The notes beneath the pieces were generated by a model that saw only the letters and a list, made by a program, of their open reading frames with translations, was not told the origin of the DNA and did not search any database. Below, one piece after another: positions 56,368-64,000 of a DNA stretch of 64,000 bases. Location of the stretch: contig CALKUP010000002.1 in the NCBI GenBank assembly GCA_937996685.1, positions 177,066 through 241,065 on the forward strand, written 5' to 3'. Every line of letters starts with the position of its first letter. Position 1 is the first letter of the stretch. This DNA is from an uncultured bacterium. GTDB taxonomy: Bacteria > Patescibacteriota > Patescibacteriia > UBA9570 > XYC2-FULL-38-9. The position numbers were made by a program, and so were the translations under genes.

Positions 56368-56809
56368 AGCGCAGATATTGACTATCAGGTGATTTTCCAG
56401 TTAGATGTGTACGCGACGTATACCGCAGGAGGTTGTCGTGGACCAATGGGTTGAAATTGAGTGCGTGGTCGGCAATCGCAGGCACCCTATTCGAGGAATC
56501 CTCGAGGAGCAGGATTTGTACATGGTGCGGATCAGGAGTCCTATGATTCTGATCCATTCCAGCTCCTCGGGGTCCAGGTGGTGTTCAATTCCAGGAGTCA
56601 GAAGAAAAACCCTGAATATGAGGTTTGTTGCGTCGGTAGATGAACTCTTGGAAGGTCCGTCTCCGGCAGTGCACGCCCAAGAAGAGGGCTGAAGCTCAGC
56701 TTCGTTCTCGGCAAGGGTTGGCGGTTATTCGAAAGAGTAACTCCCGGCCCGATTTTTGTATTAGACATGTTTCTTTTTGTGCTCTAAAATAGGAGTGAAG
56801 ATACATCTT

Positions 56810-57568
56810 ATGAATTTACGATATAGTCCATTAAAGCGTTTTGCAAAGAAAATCTATCGGCAGTTTTTTCCGATTCCGAAATCGCCGTACACCGTTGGTG
56901 CGGTTGAAGATATTTGTGCAGTCAATTTAGTTCCGCCGGCGGCGCTCGATGAATTTTTTGAACATGCAATTACGTTGCTGCAAAAAGAAAAGGGGAATGA
57001 TATTGGTGATTATTTAGAGTTCGGTGTGTTTAATGGAACATCGCTGATGAGCATGCAGCGTTCATGCACGAAACACGGTGTTGAATCGACCCGGTTTATT
57101 GGCTTTGATTCATTTGAAGGTTTGCCAGCGGGAGCGACGGCTGAAGATGACGGTGTGTGGAGTAAAGGAATGTACAGTTGTTCATTTGATGACTTACAAG
57201 GTTGTTTGCAGCGCGGTGGAGTTGCACTAGAGGACGTGACGTTTGTGAAAGGTTGGTATAACGAAACTCTGAATCAGGAGACGCGCGAAAAATTGCATCT
57301 TCAGAATATCAGCATTATTTTTATTGATTGCGATACGTATTCATCATCGAAAGCAGTGCTCGATTTTATTGAACCGTTGTTGAATCAGCCGTTGATTTTA
57401 TGTTTTGATGATTGGGAGCTGAATGATTTAGATGTGAAGGGAATGGGTGAGTACAAGTCATTTAATGAGTTTTTGGATCGGCATCCCGAGTTACAGCTTG
57501 AGGAAATTAAATCGTATAATCGTAAATCACGATCGTTTCTTGTGAAAGGGGAAAAACATGTCACTTAA
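56810..57568 (+). CDS. TylF/MycF-family class I SAM-dependent O-methyltransferase
   Basis: GDYLEFGVFNGTS, IFIDCDTYSS, LILCFDDWE motifs; ATG 56810 chosen (track start is TTG 56777). Confidence 0.55.
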   Translation: MNLRYSPLKRFAKKIYRQFFPIPKSPYTVGAVEDICAVNLVPPAALDEFFEHAITLLQKEKGNDIGDYLEFGVFNGTSLMSMQRSCTKHGVESTRFIGFDSFEGLPAGATAEDDGVWSKGMYSCSFDDLQGCLQRGGVALEDVTFVKGWYNETLNQETREKLHLQNISIIFIDCDTYSSSKAVLDFIEPLLNQPLILCFDDWELNDLDVKGMGEYKSFNEFLDRHPELQLEEIKSYNRKSRSFLVKGEKHVT

Positions 57569-57998
57569 CTATATTCTCCGAAAAGCAACAGAAAGCGATT
57601 TTCAGTTTTTATTTGATTTACTCAAGCAGACAATGTTTAATCATGTTGTTGCGACATGGGGTGAGTGGGATGAAGATTTTCAAGTGGAGTATTTTCGCAA
57701 AAAGTTTGACCCAGAAAAAAATTGGGTGATTGTGATTGATGGAAAAGATGCAGGCGGATATATGGTCACAGAAGATGCAGGGACAGTGAAGCTCGATCGA
57801 ATGTTTTTATTACCGGAATATCAAGGAAAGGGAATTGGCTCGCACATTGTGCAAAATATACTGGAAGAGGTGGCTGCGAAAGGCAAAAAGCTGACATTAA
57901 CTGTGATTAAGCATAATGCTCGAGTATTGCCATTTTATGAGCGATTAGGCTTGCGTGTTGTTGGGGAGAATGAAGAGCGGTTTGTGTTGTCTAGTTGA
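57558..57998 (+). CDS. GNAT family N-acetyltransferase
   Basis: 146 aa; motif A QGKGIGSHIV; overlaps upstream gene by 11 nt. Confidence 0.6.
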   Translation: MSLNYILRKATESDFQFLFDLLKQTMFNHVVATWGEWDEDFQVEYFRKKFDPEKNWVIVIDGKDAGGYMVTEDAGTVKLDRMFLLPEYQGKGIGSHIVQNILEEVAAKGKKLTLTVIKHNARVLPFYERLGLRVVGENEERFVLSS

Positions 57999-58068
57999 GG
58001 AGCTAAAATAGCCACACATTAAAGGCGTTGACCCGGATTGACATTCGGTTTTTATTCGGTTATGATAA

Positions 58069-58917
58069 TTGTATATGAAAAAAGAAATTATAGAATCTCT
58101 TACAAATAACTTTGAATCGTACGCTAATAAAACTGATGAAGGCGTTGAATTTTGGTTGGCTCGAGATTTACAACAGTTATTAGGATATGGTAAATGGGAT
58201 AACTTTTTGAAAGTCATCGCTAAGGCAAAGATAGCCTGCGAAACAACAGGTCATGTAGTTGCCGATCATTTTGCCGACGCCGGGAAAACGATCGGCATGC
58301 CTAAAGGTGCTCAAAAAGAGATATTAGATATAATGCTTACTCGATATGCGTGCTATTTGATCGCTCAAAATGGTGATCCGCGTAAAGAAGAGGTTTCGTT
58401 CGCACAAAACTATTTTGCACTCCAAACAAGGAAGTTAGAAATCATTGAAAAAAGAATTCAGGATTCCGAGAGATTGTTAGCGCGCCATAAGTTAGTTGAA
58501 ACCGAGAAAATGCTTTCCAGTGTTATTTTTCAACAAACAGGAAGTAATAAAAATTTTGGTTTAATACGAAGTAAGGGTGATAAGGCATTATTTGGTTACA
58601 GTACAGTACAAATGAAAAATAAGCTTGGTGTTCCAAAAACAAGACCGTTGTCAGATTTTCAGCCAACAATTATTTTAAAAGCTAAAGATTTTGCGACTGA
58701 AATTACAATTTTTAATACAAAAGAAAAGGGCTTGGCCACCGAGGAAGGAATTTCTGAAGAGCATGTCACGAACAACAGAAGTGTCAGAAAAACCCTCATA
58801 TCACGTGGTATTTACCCTGAAAATCTGCCCCCAGAAGAGGACATTAAAAAGCTTGAGCGCAAAATGAAGTCTGAGGAGAAAAAGGGATTAAAGAAACCAG
58901 AGACGCTTGATGTGTAA
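58069..58917 (+). CDS. DNA-damage-inducible protein D-like (Bro-N domain) protein
   Basis: GVEFWLARDLQQLLGYGKWDNFLKVIAKAKIACE matches the DinD/Bro-N N-terminal signature. Confidence 0.5.
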   Translation: MYMKKEIIESLTNNFESYANKTDEGVEFWLARDLQQLLGYGKWDNFLKVIAKAKIACETTGHVVADHFADAGKTIGMPKGAQKEILDIMLTRYACYLIAQNGDPRKEEVSFAQNYFALQTRKLEIIEKRIQDSERLLARHKLVETEKMLSSVIFQQTGSNKNFGLIRSKGDKALFGYSTVQMKNKLGVPKTRPLSDFQPTIILKAKDFATEITIFNTKEKGLATEEGISEEHVTNNRSVRKTLISRGIYPENLPPEEDIKKLERKMKSEEKKGLKKPETLDV

Positions 58918-58950
58918 GTGTTAATTTTGAATAAGTAAAAAGATTAGATT

Positions 58951-60350
58951 ATGACAGCCCAAGAAACACAAATAATTACCTTTGATTGTAAAAACTTATT
59001 CCCAGTTTTTGAAGAGCATTTAAAAATTGAAAATAATTCACGGGTATTTTTTTTCCGCAAAATATGGGACAGGGAAAACATATTTTTTAAACCAGTTTTT
59101 TCAAGACAGTGAAGACTATGAGGTTTTTCATCTATATCCGGTAGATTACCAGATCGCATCAAATGAAAATATTATTGATTTTTTAAAAGCTGATATTTTA
59201 GTTGAGCTTCAGAAAAAACACAACGGGATTATTGAGCCTAATGATTATAGTAACTTTCTCGATCTTCAAAGGCTTTTATATGTCTGGAGCAAAGACCATG
59301 TTGTTGATATTTCCAAATTTATTGGGAGTCATGTGTCACGATTAGCATTATTAGGCAAGCCATTTAAAGATGTTGTAGATTTAACAGAGAGTTTTTTGAG
59401 CTTTAAAAAACAAATTGAATCTGGAGACAAAGGCCGTGTTGAGAATTTTTTAAAGGATTTAAAAAACAAAAAGATTTCTGAAGCTGATCCAATGAGTGAT
59501 TTGTTAAAAAGCAAAATTGAATTGGTTAAAGAAAATAAAAAAAGTGTTTTAGTACTAGATGATTTAGACAGAATAGACCCACAACATGTTTTTCGTATGC
59601 TCAACTGTTTTTCTGCTCATTTTGACTCAAGCAATAATGAGCTCCCAAATAAGTTTGGTTTTGATGTTATTGTTTTGGTTGGCGATTTTGCAAACTTAAA
59701 ATCTATTTTTCACCATATGTATGGTAGTGAAACTGATTTTAATGGTTATTTTAATAAATTCTTCTCACGTGAAATTTTTCAGTTTAATAATAATCAGATA
59801 ATTTTCGATAGCTTAAGTCAAGTTATTTCAGCTTTTCCACACCACTCAACTTACAATGATGGCTTTATTAAAAAATGGATTTATTTTTATTTTAGCAGAA
59901 CTTTTATTAAAAAATGGCTTAGATTTAAATATTATTAGCACTAGACAAATTTTAAAAGGGGTCGGCTTTAAAATTCCCAGACTTTTAAGAACGTATAATT
60001 ATCCTCAAAGTGAACGACGAGTGTTAGATATTGACATGGTTCTTGATATTTTGGAAATAATATGCGGAGGTCTAAAGATAGACCTAATTGACTTTTTAGG
60101 TAAAATAAAAAATGCACATTTCAATAATGATGATATTCGTCGATTGCGTGAGTATTATATTAAGCCACTATTAAAAAAAGCAATAAAAAATTTAACAACT
60201 CATTCAAATGTCCCAACTCGTTGGCAAGGGTATGTTATTTATTTTAATGATCAAGGTGATTTACAAAGCGTCACGCAATCTAATTCGGGATCAAAATACG
60301 AGCATTTATTCCTTGACTTGCTCATCGATCATATTAAACAAAATCGTTAA
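58951..60350 (+). pseudogene. KAP-family P-loop NTPase disrupted by two homopolymer frameshifts
   Basis: Walker A SAKYGTGKTYFL and KAP-type Walker B VLVLDDLDRIDP; reading frame shifts at T8 run (59046-59053) and at an A/T run near 59870-59900, splitting the gene into three ORFs; ~28% GC. Confidence 0.55.
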
Positions 60351-60373
60351 ATAAATATAGTAAATACTGCTTT

Positions 60374-60637
60374 TTAATTAACCATTTTAACAACTTGCTT
60401 TAGTTTTCGATATAAAAACCAGGAAATACAAAGCCAAATAAAGGATAGATTTAAAATTGTAGACGCAATAGCTGTTGTTATTGCTCCTGTGCTTGTTCCA
60501 AAAAATAAACCAAAGGCAAGGCCGACGATTGTTGACAAAATCCCTTTTGAAGCAATTTCTACGACTCCTGACATCCCGATAAAAAGAAATATACGAGCAT
60601 ATAGCAATAACTTGTTTTTTGTATTTTCTTTTTCCAT
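60374..60637 (-). CDS. hypothetical small membrane protein
   Basis: 87 aa, 2-3 TM helices, AT-rich. Confidence 0.3.
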   Translation of the reverse strand: MEKENTKNKLLLYARIFLFIGMSGVVEIASKGILSTIVGLAFGLFFGTSTGAITTAIASTILNLSFIWLCISWFLYRKLKQVVKMVN

Positions 60638-60648
60638 TTTAATCTTAC

Positions 60649-62409
60649 TTACAACCCAATCTCTCGTTTCGCTATCTTTTCTTTCAGTTCCGCAATAAAC
60701 TGCTCTTTTGGAATTGAAACAGCATCTTGTTCGCCGCGCTTGCGAACCATCAAATCATCAGATTCCATTTCTTTATCACCAATAACCAACATATACGGCA
60801 CTTTTTTCATAACAGCTGTTCGAATCTTCTTGCCAACACCTTGATCGGAATGATCAGCTGCTGCGCGGATGCCAGAGGCTTGGAGTTCTGCAACGAGCTT
60901 GTCGACATGATCTCGATGTGTTTCACCAACAGAAATCAGCTGCACTTGAACAGGGGAGAGCCACACAGGGAAGCTGCCCGCAAAATGCTCAATAATAAAC
61001 GCCATGAACCGTTCATGTGTCGACAGTGGCGCACGATGAATAACATACACCTCATTATTCGCAGTGCCTGTTGAATCTGTGTAATGCAAATTGAATCGAG
61101 TCTTCGCAATGAAATCCAGTTGAATCGTTGACATCGTTTCTTCGCGACCAATCACAGAACGAAACTGTACATCAATCTTCGGGCCATAGAACGCAGCTTC
61201 ATCTGCTACTTCAACAAATTTCACGCCAGACAATTCCAACTCTTCACGCAACACACCTTCTGCAAATTCCCAATTTTCTGGTTCTTGTAAATATTTTTCT
61301 GTTTTCTCTGGATCCCATTTACTGAGACGGAACCAATAATCGTTTAAGCCAAATAATGTGAAGTAATATTGAGTCAGTTCAATCACTTTGCGAATTTCTT
61401 CTCGAATTTGATCTCGAGTCGCATAAATATGCGCATCGTTTTGTTCAAGCGCGCGCACACGAAGCAGTCCCGCAAGCGTTCCAGATAATTCATTGCGATA
61501 CACCATGCCATATTCCGCAAAGCGCAACGGCAATTCACGGAAACTGCGTGGACGATGGTTATACATCACATGATGCAATGGGCAGTTCATCGCTTTTAAA
61601 TAATACGTCCCGTCATCGATTTCCATTCCAGGATACATTGAATCAGCGTAGTAGGGCAGATGGCCAGATTGTTCAAAGAGTTCCTTCTTTGCCATATGTG
61701 GTGTTGAAACGCGGACGTAGCCATAAGCCTCTTCGGTTTCAACCGCAAGTCGTTCAATTTCATTGCGCATGATTGTGCCGTTTGGCAACCACAATGGAAG
61801 ACCTTTGCCGATTGTTTCATCAATAAAAAACAGCTCTTGTTCGCGGCCAATCTTTCGATGATCTCGCAATTTCGCTTGTTCAAGCATTTCTAAATGCGCT
61901 GCCAGCTCTTCAGCTGTTGCAAACAGGAAGCCATAAATGCGAGTCAGCATCGGATTTTTTTCATCACCTTTCCAATATGCTCCAGCAACACGATCGAGTT
62001 TTAATCCAAGAGCGGGTACTTCTTTTGAAGACTGCGAGTGACCACCACGACACAAGTCAGTGAATGCACCGATTGTGTAGAGAGACAACTCTTCGCCGCC
62101 GGCTTCTAATTCATCAATGAGTTGCAGCTTGAGTGGTTGTCCGGCCATTGCTGCGCGAGCTTCAGCAGCAGATACAACTGCGCCAGTCATTTCTAAATTC
62201 TGGGCAATCAATTTCTTCATCTGCTTTTCAAGCTTTGGCAGCATTGAATCAGAAAAAGCGACATCTTCTGGAAACAGAAAGTCATAATAAAAACCGTGTT
62301 CAATCGTTGGACCAATGCCAAGTTGCACTCCAGGAAATTGTGTGACAACAGCGCTAGCGAGAAGGTGAGCGGCAGTGTGTCGGGCGTTTGTGAGTTGTTC
62401 AGGTGTCAT
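60649..62409 (-). CDS. thrS: threonine--tRNA ligase (lacks N-terminal TGS domain)
   Basis: tRNA_SAD HTAAHLLA motif, class II core and anticodon-binding domain; ATG 62409 is 1 nt after the upstream gene stop. Confidence 0.85.
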   Translation of the reverse strand: MTPEQLTNARHTAAHLLASAVVTQFPGVQLGIGPTIEHGFYYDFLFPEDVAFSDSMLPKLEKQMKKLIAQNLEMTGAVVSAAEARAAMAGQPLKLQLIDELEAGGEELSLYTIGAFTDLCRGGHSQSSKEVPALGLKLDRVAGAYWKGDEKNPMLTRIYGFLFATAEELAAHLEMLEQAKLRDHRKIGREQELFFIDETIGKGLPLWLPNGTIMRNEIERLAVETEEAYGYVRVSTPHMAKKELFEQSGHLPYYADSMYPGMEIDDGTYYLKAMNCPLHHVMYNHRPRSFRELPLRFAEYGMVYRNELSGTLAGLLRVRALEQNDAHIYATRDQIREEIRKVIELTQYYFTLFGLNDYWFRLSKWDPEKTEKYLQEPENWEFAEGVLREELELSGVKFVEVADEAAFYGPKIDVQFRSVIGREETMSTIQLDFIAKTRFNLHYTDSTGTANNEVYVIHRAPLSTHERFMAFIIEHFAGSFPVWLSPVQVQLISVGETHRDHVDKLVAELQASGIRAAADHSDQGVGKKIRTAVMKKVPYMLVIGDKEMESDDLMVRKRGEQDAVSIPKEQFIAELKEKIAKREIGL

Positions 62410-62410
62410 G

Positions 62411-63727
62411 TTATTCGTTGGTTGTTTGATCAGTTGTTGCGTCTGCATTGGTGTTCGTTGTTGGAGATGGAGCGGCTGTGACAGTGACGGTAATATTTGA
62501 CGTTAAGCCAGGAGTACGCGCTGCCCAGAATGGTGATAGTTTTACATCAACCGTTTTCACTTCGTCAAATGAGAGGAGGTAGTCTTGGACTTCTTCTGGG
62601 GTTTTGTTTGTCAGCTTTTCCGGAGCGAGTTTGCTGTCTTTTGCGTCGAGTGTGTGTTTGAGAGTGATTGCAATTTCCAGTGAGCCGTCTGTTCCGGTTT
62701 CATTCAAGTTGCTCAATGTGATGGTTGTTGCGGAGAGAAGCTCATCATCACTCAAGACATTGCTCGCACCGTTTTGTTCTAATTGTTTTTTAATGAAGGT
62801 TTTCAATTTTTCTTGGTCGAGCGCAGCGGAGCCGACGGTCATTTTTTGTGTGACAGTGATTGTTGACGCAGAATCACCAGCCTCTGCTGTGCGTTCGTCT
62901 TTACTTGTTTTGACAAGAATTGGTTCTGCAACAAGATAGCCAAGTGATTTCAATTCATCTTTTTCTGTCATTTCTTTTGTGAAACGTTCTGCTGCAGTTG
63001 GGAATAATTCTGCTTGTAATTTCTTTTTTGCGTTTGCGATATCATTTTGTGTGACAGTCGCAGTTGCAGTTGCAGTAGTTGTTGTGTCGGTGCTTGTTTC
63101 CTCTGAAGCAGTCGTGGTTGTTTGGCCTGCGTCCGCGCCGCCAGTTGTTGCAGCGCTTGATGTCGCGTAAATCTTATCTTTCAATCCAGACCAGAGCGCG
63201 ACGACTTCGAAGGTTGTTGCATCGAGGTTTCCTTTGTTGCCAGCTTCATCCGCGAGAATGTCGACAGTGACTTCGCCGCCCGCTGGAACAGTAACCGTTT
63301 TTTGGGTGCGGAATAATACGCCGCTTTTTGAAAGCAGGCGAGTATTTGTGATCAATGGTTGATCTTTTGTGTATTTATTTGTGATGACAACTGTGCCTTT
63401 GGCTTTTGTCGCTTCAGTTGCAGTTGTGGTTTCTTTTTTCGGAGCAGGAGCAGCTGGCTTTGCTGTTTCGGTTGTGGCAGCGTCCGTTGCGATTGGATAA
63501 TCCGTGCTGCCTTCGACATCCGTTAATAATACAACGCCGGATAATTCAGCGACGGTGGTGTCGGCAGTGATTGTTTTGTCGACTGTTTCAGCCGTGACAG
63601 TGATCACTGTTTTTGTGAACGACACATAAATAATAACACCAACGAGCACGACTGCGATCAAGACAAAAATTTTTACCAGAACGCCGTACCATGATTCAAC
63701 TCGTGATTGTGAAAGAGTATTTTTCAT
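62411..63727 (-). CDS. membrane-anchored Thr/Ala-rich surface protein
   Basis: N-terminal TM anchor; long T/A-rich low-complexity linkers between beta-rich segments. Confidence 0.4.
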   Translation of the reverse strand: MKNTLSQSRVESWYGVLVKIFVLIAVVLVGVIIYVSFTKTVITVTAETVDKTITADTTVAELSGVVLLTDVEGSTDYPIATDAATTETAKPAAPAPKKETTTATEATKAKGTVVITNKYTKDQPLITNTRLLSKSGVLFRTQKTVTVPAGGEVTVDILADEAGNKGNLDATTFEVVALWSGLKDKIYATSSAATTGGADAGQTTTTASEETSTDTTTTATATATVTQNDIANAKKKLQAELFPTAAERFTKEMTEKDELKSLGYLVAEPILVKTSKDERTAEAGDSASTITVTQKMTVGSAALDQEKLKTFIKKQLEQNGASNVLSDDELLSATTITLSNLNETGTDGSLEIAITLKHTLDAKDSKLAPEKLTNKTPEEVQDYLLSFDEVKTVDVKLSPFWAARTPGLTSNITVTVTAAPSPTTNTNADATTDQTTNE

Positions 63728-63778
63728 ATCATTTTTTGACGCAAAAAAGAAGCCTTATTTGCCAAATTATTATATATA

Positions 63779-63982
63779 CTAGGCTGATTTTATCACATTG
63801 ACAGAGCCTTGTCCAAATAATGCTTCGATTTTTGGGACAGCCTCTTCGCTGATCATTTTTTGAGTGAAGAGTTCGCGGCCATCAGCGTATAAATAGGCGC
63901 CAAATTGCCCTGGAGTTGTGTCGAAAATGTCTTTTAGCGCCAAAAAGGTTTGTTTTTGGATTTTTGGTGGGGTCGTGATCAT
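63779..63982 (-). CDS. hypothetical protein (small)
   Basis: 67-aa ORF, no domain recognised. Confidence 0.2.
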   Translation of the reverse strand: MITTPPKIQKQTFLALKDIFDTTPGQFGAYLYADGRELFTQKMISEEAVPKIEALFGQGSVNVIKSA

Positions 63983-64000
63983 GATTCGGCCCTTTTCAAT

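Noticed and set aside
58944-59162. 72-aa minus-strand ORF overlapping the KAP NTPase 5' region
   Set aside because: AT-rich antisense ORF with no start signal. The plus strand carries the Walker A motif.
1-64000. CRISPR arrays, rRNA genes, IS elements, integrases or transposases
   Set aside because: No regularly spaced direct repeats, no rRNA-like conserved stretches, and no ORF with integrase (R..HxxR..Y) or DDE transposase signatures were found on reading both strands.

Overview
The window is a mid-GC (~45%) bacterial chromosomal segment with small-genome or CPR/Patescibacteria-like features (thrS lacks the TGS N-domain, separate secD/secF, short EF-Ts). This taxonomic guess is low confidence and comes from gene content only. 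Housekeeping genes: mnmA (3' fragment), prfA-prmC, rpmE, rpsB-tsf, secD-secF, uppS, cspA, thrS, a MiaB-family methylthiotransferase and tRNA-Thr(GGU). A sugar locus runs GH13 alpha-amylase-family -> GH31 alpha-glucosidase -> eukaryote-type hexokinase. It is preceded by an operator-like repeat cluster and followed by a glycoconjugate module (ugd, DPM1/ArnC-like GT2, large GT-C-like membrane protein, CDP-alcohol phosphatidyltransferase, archaeal-type PGI/PMI). A cell-wall block holds an M23 peptidase and an FG-GAP-repeat L,D-transpeptidase. Composition is strikingly mosaic. Discrete high-GC islands (GH13, M23 peptidase, a 28.4-28.75 kb intergenic island, cargo next to tRNA-Thr, a 40.9-41.46 kb two-gene cassette, uppS, a palindrome-dense element at 56.4-56.7 kb) and low-GC islands (36.7-38.8 kb, 58.9-60.7 kb) interrupt the backbone. 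The most interesting candidates are: (i) an AT-rich island encoding a 507-aa PIN / GNAT-like / EVE(PUA)-like fusion overlapping an ASCH gene, which looks like a nucleic-acid-modification-based toxin or defense module; (ii) an orphan type-IV-coupling-protein-like ATPase paired with a membrane protein, both carrying 300-400 aa P/Q/A-rich disordered tails; (iii) SecD with an embedded parvulin PPIase domain; (iv) a tRNA-Thr plus duplicated tRNA 3' fragment bracketing a 3.7-kb degraded island; (v) a KAP P-loop NTPase broken by homopolymer frameshifts next to a DinD/Bro-N gene. No CRISPR array, rRNA, integrase or transposase was seen.
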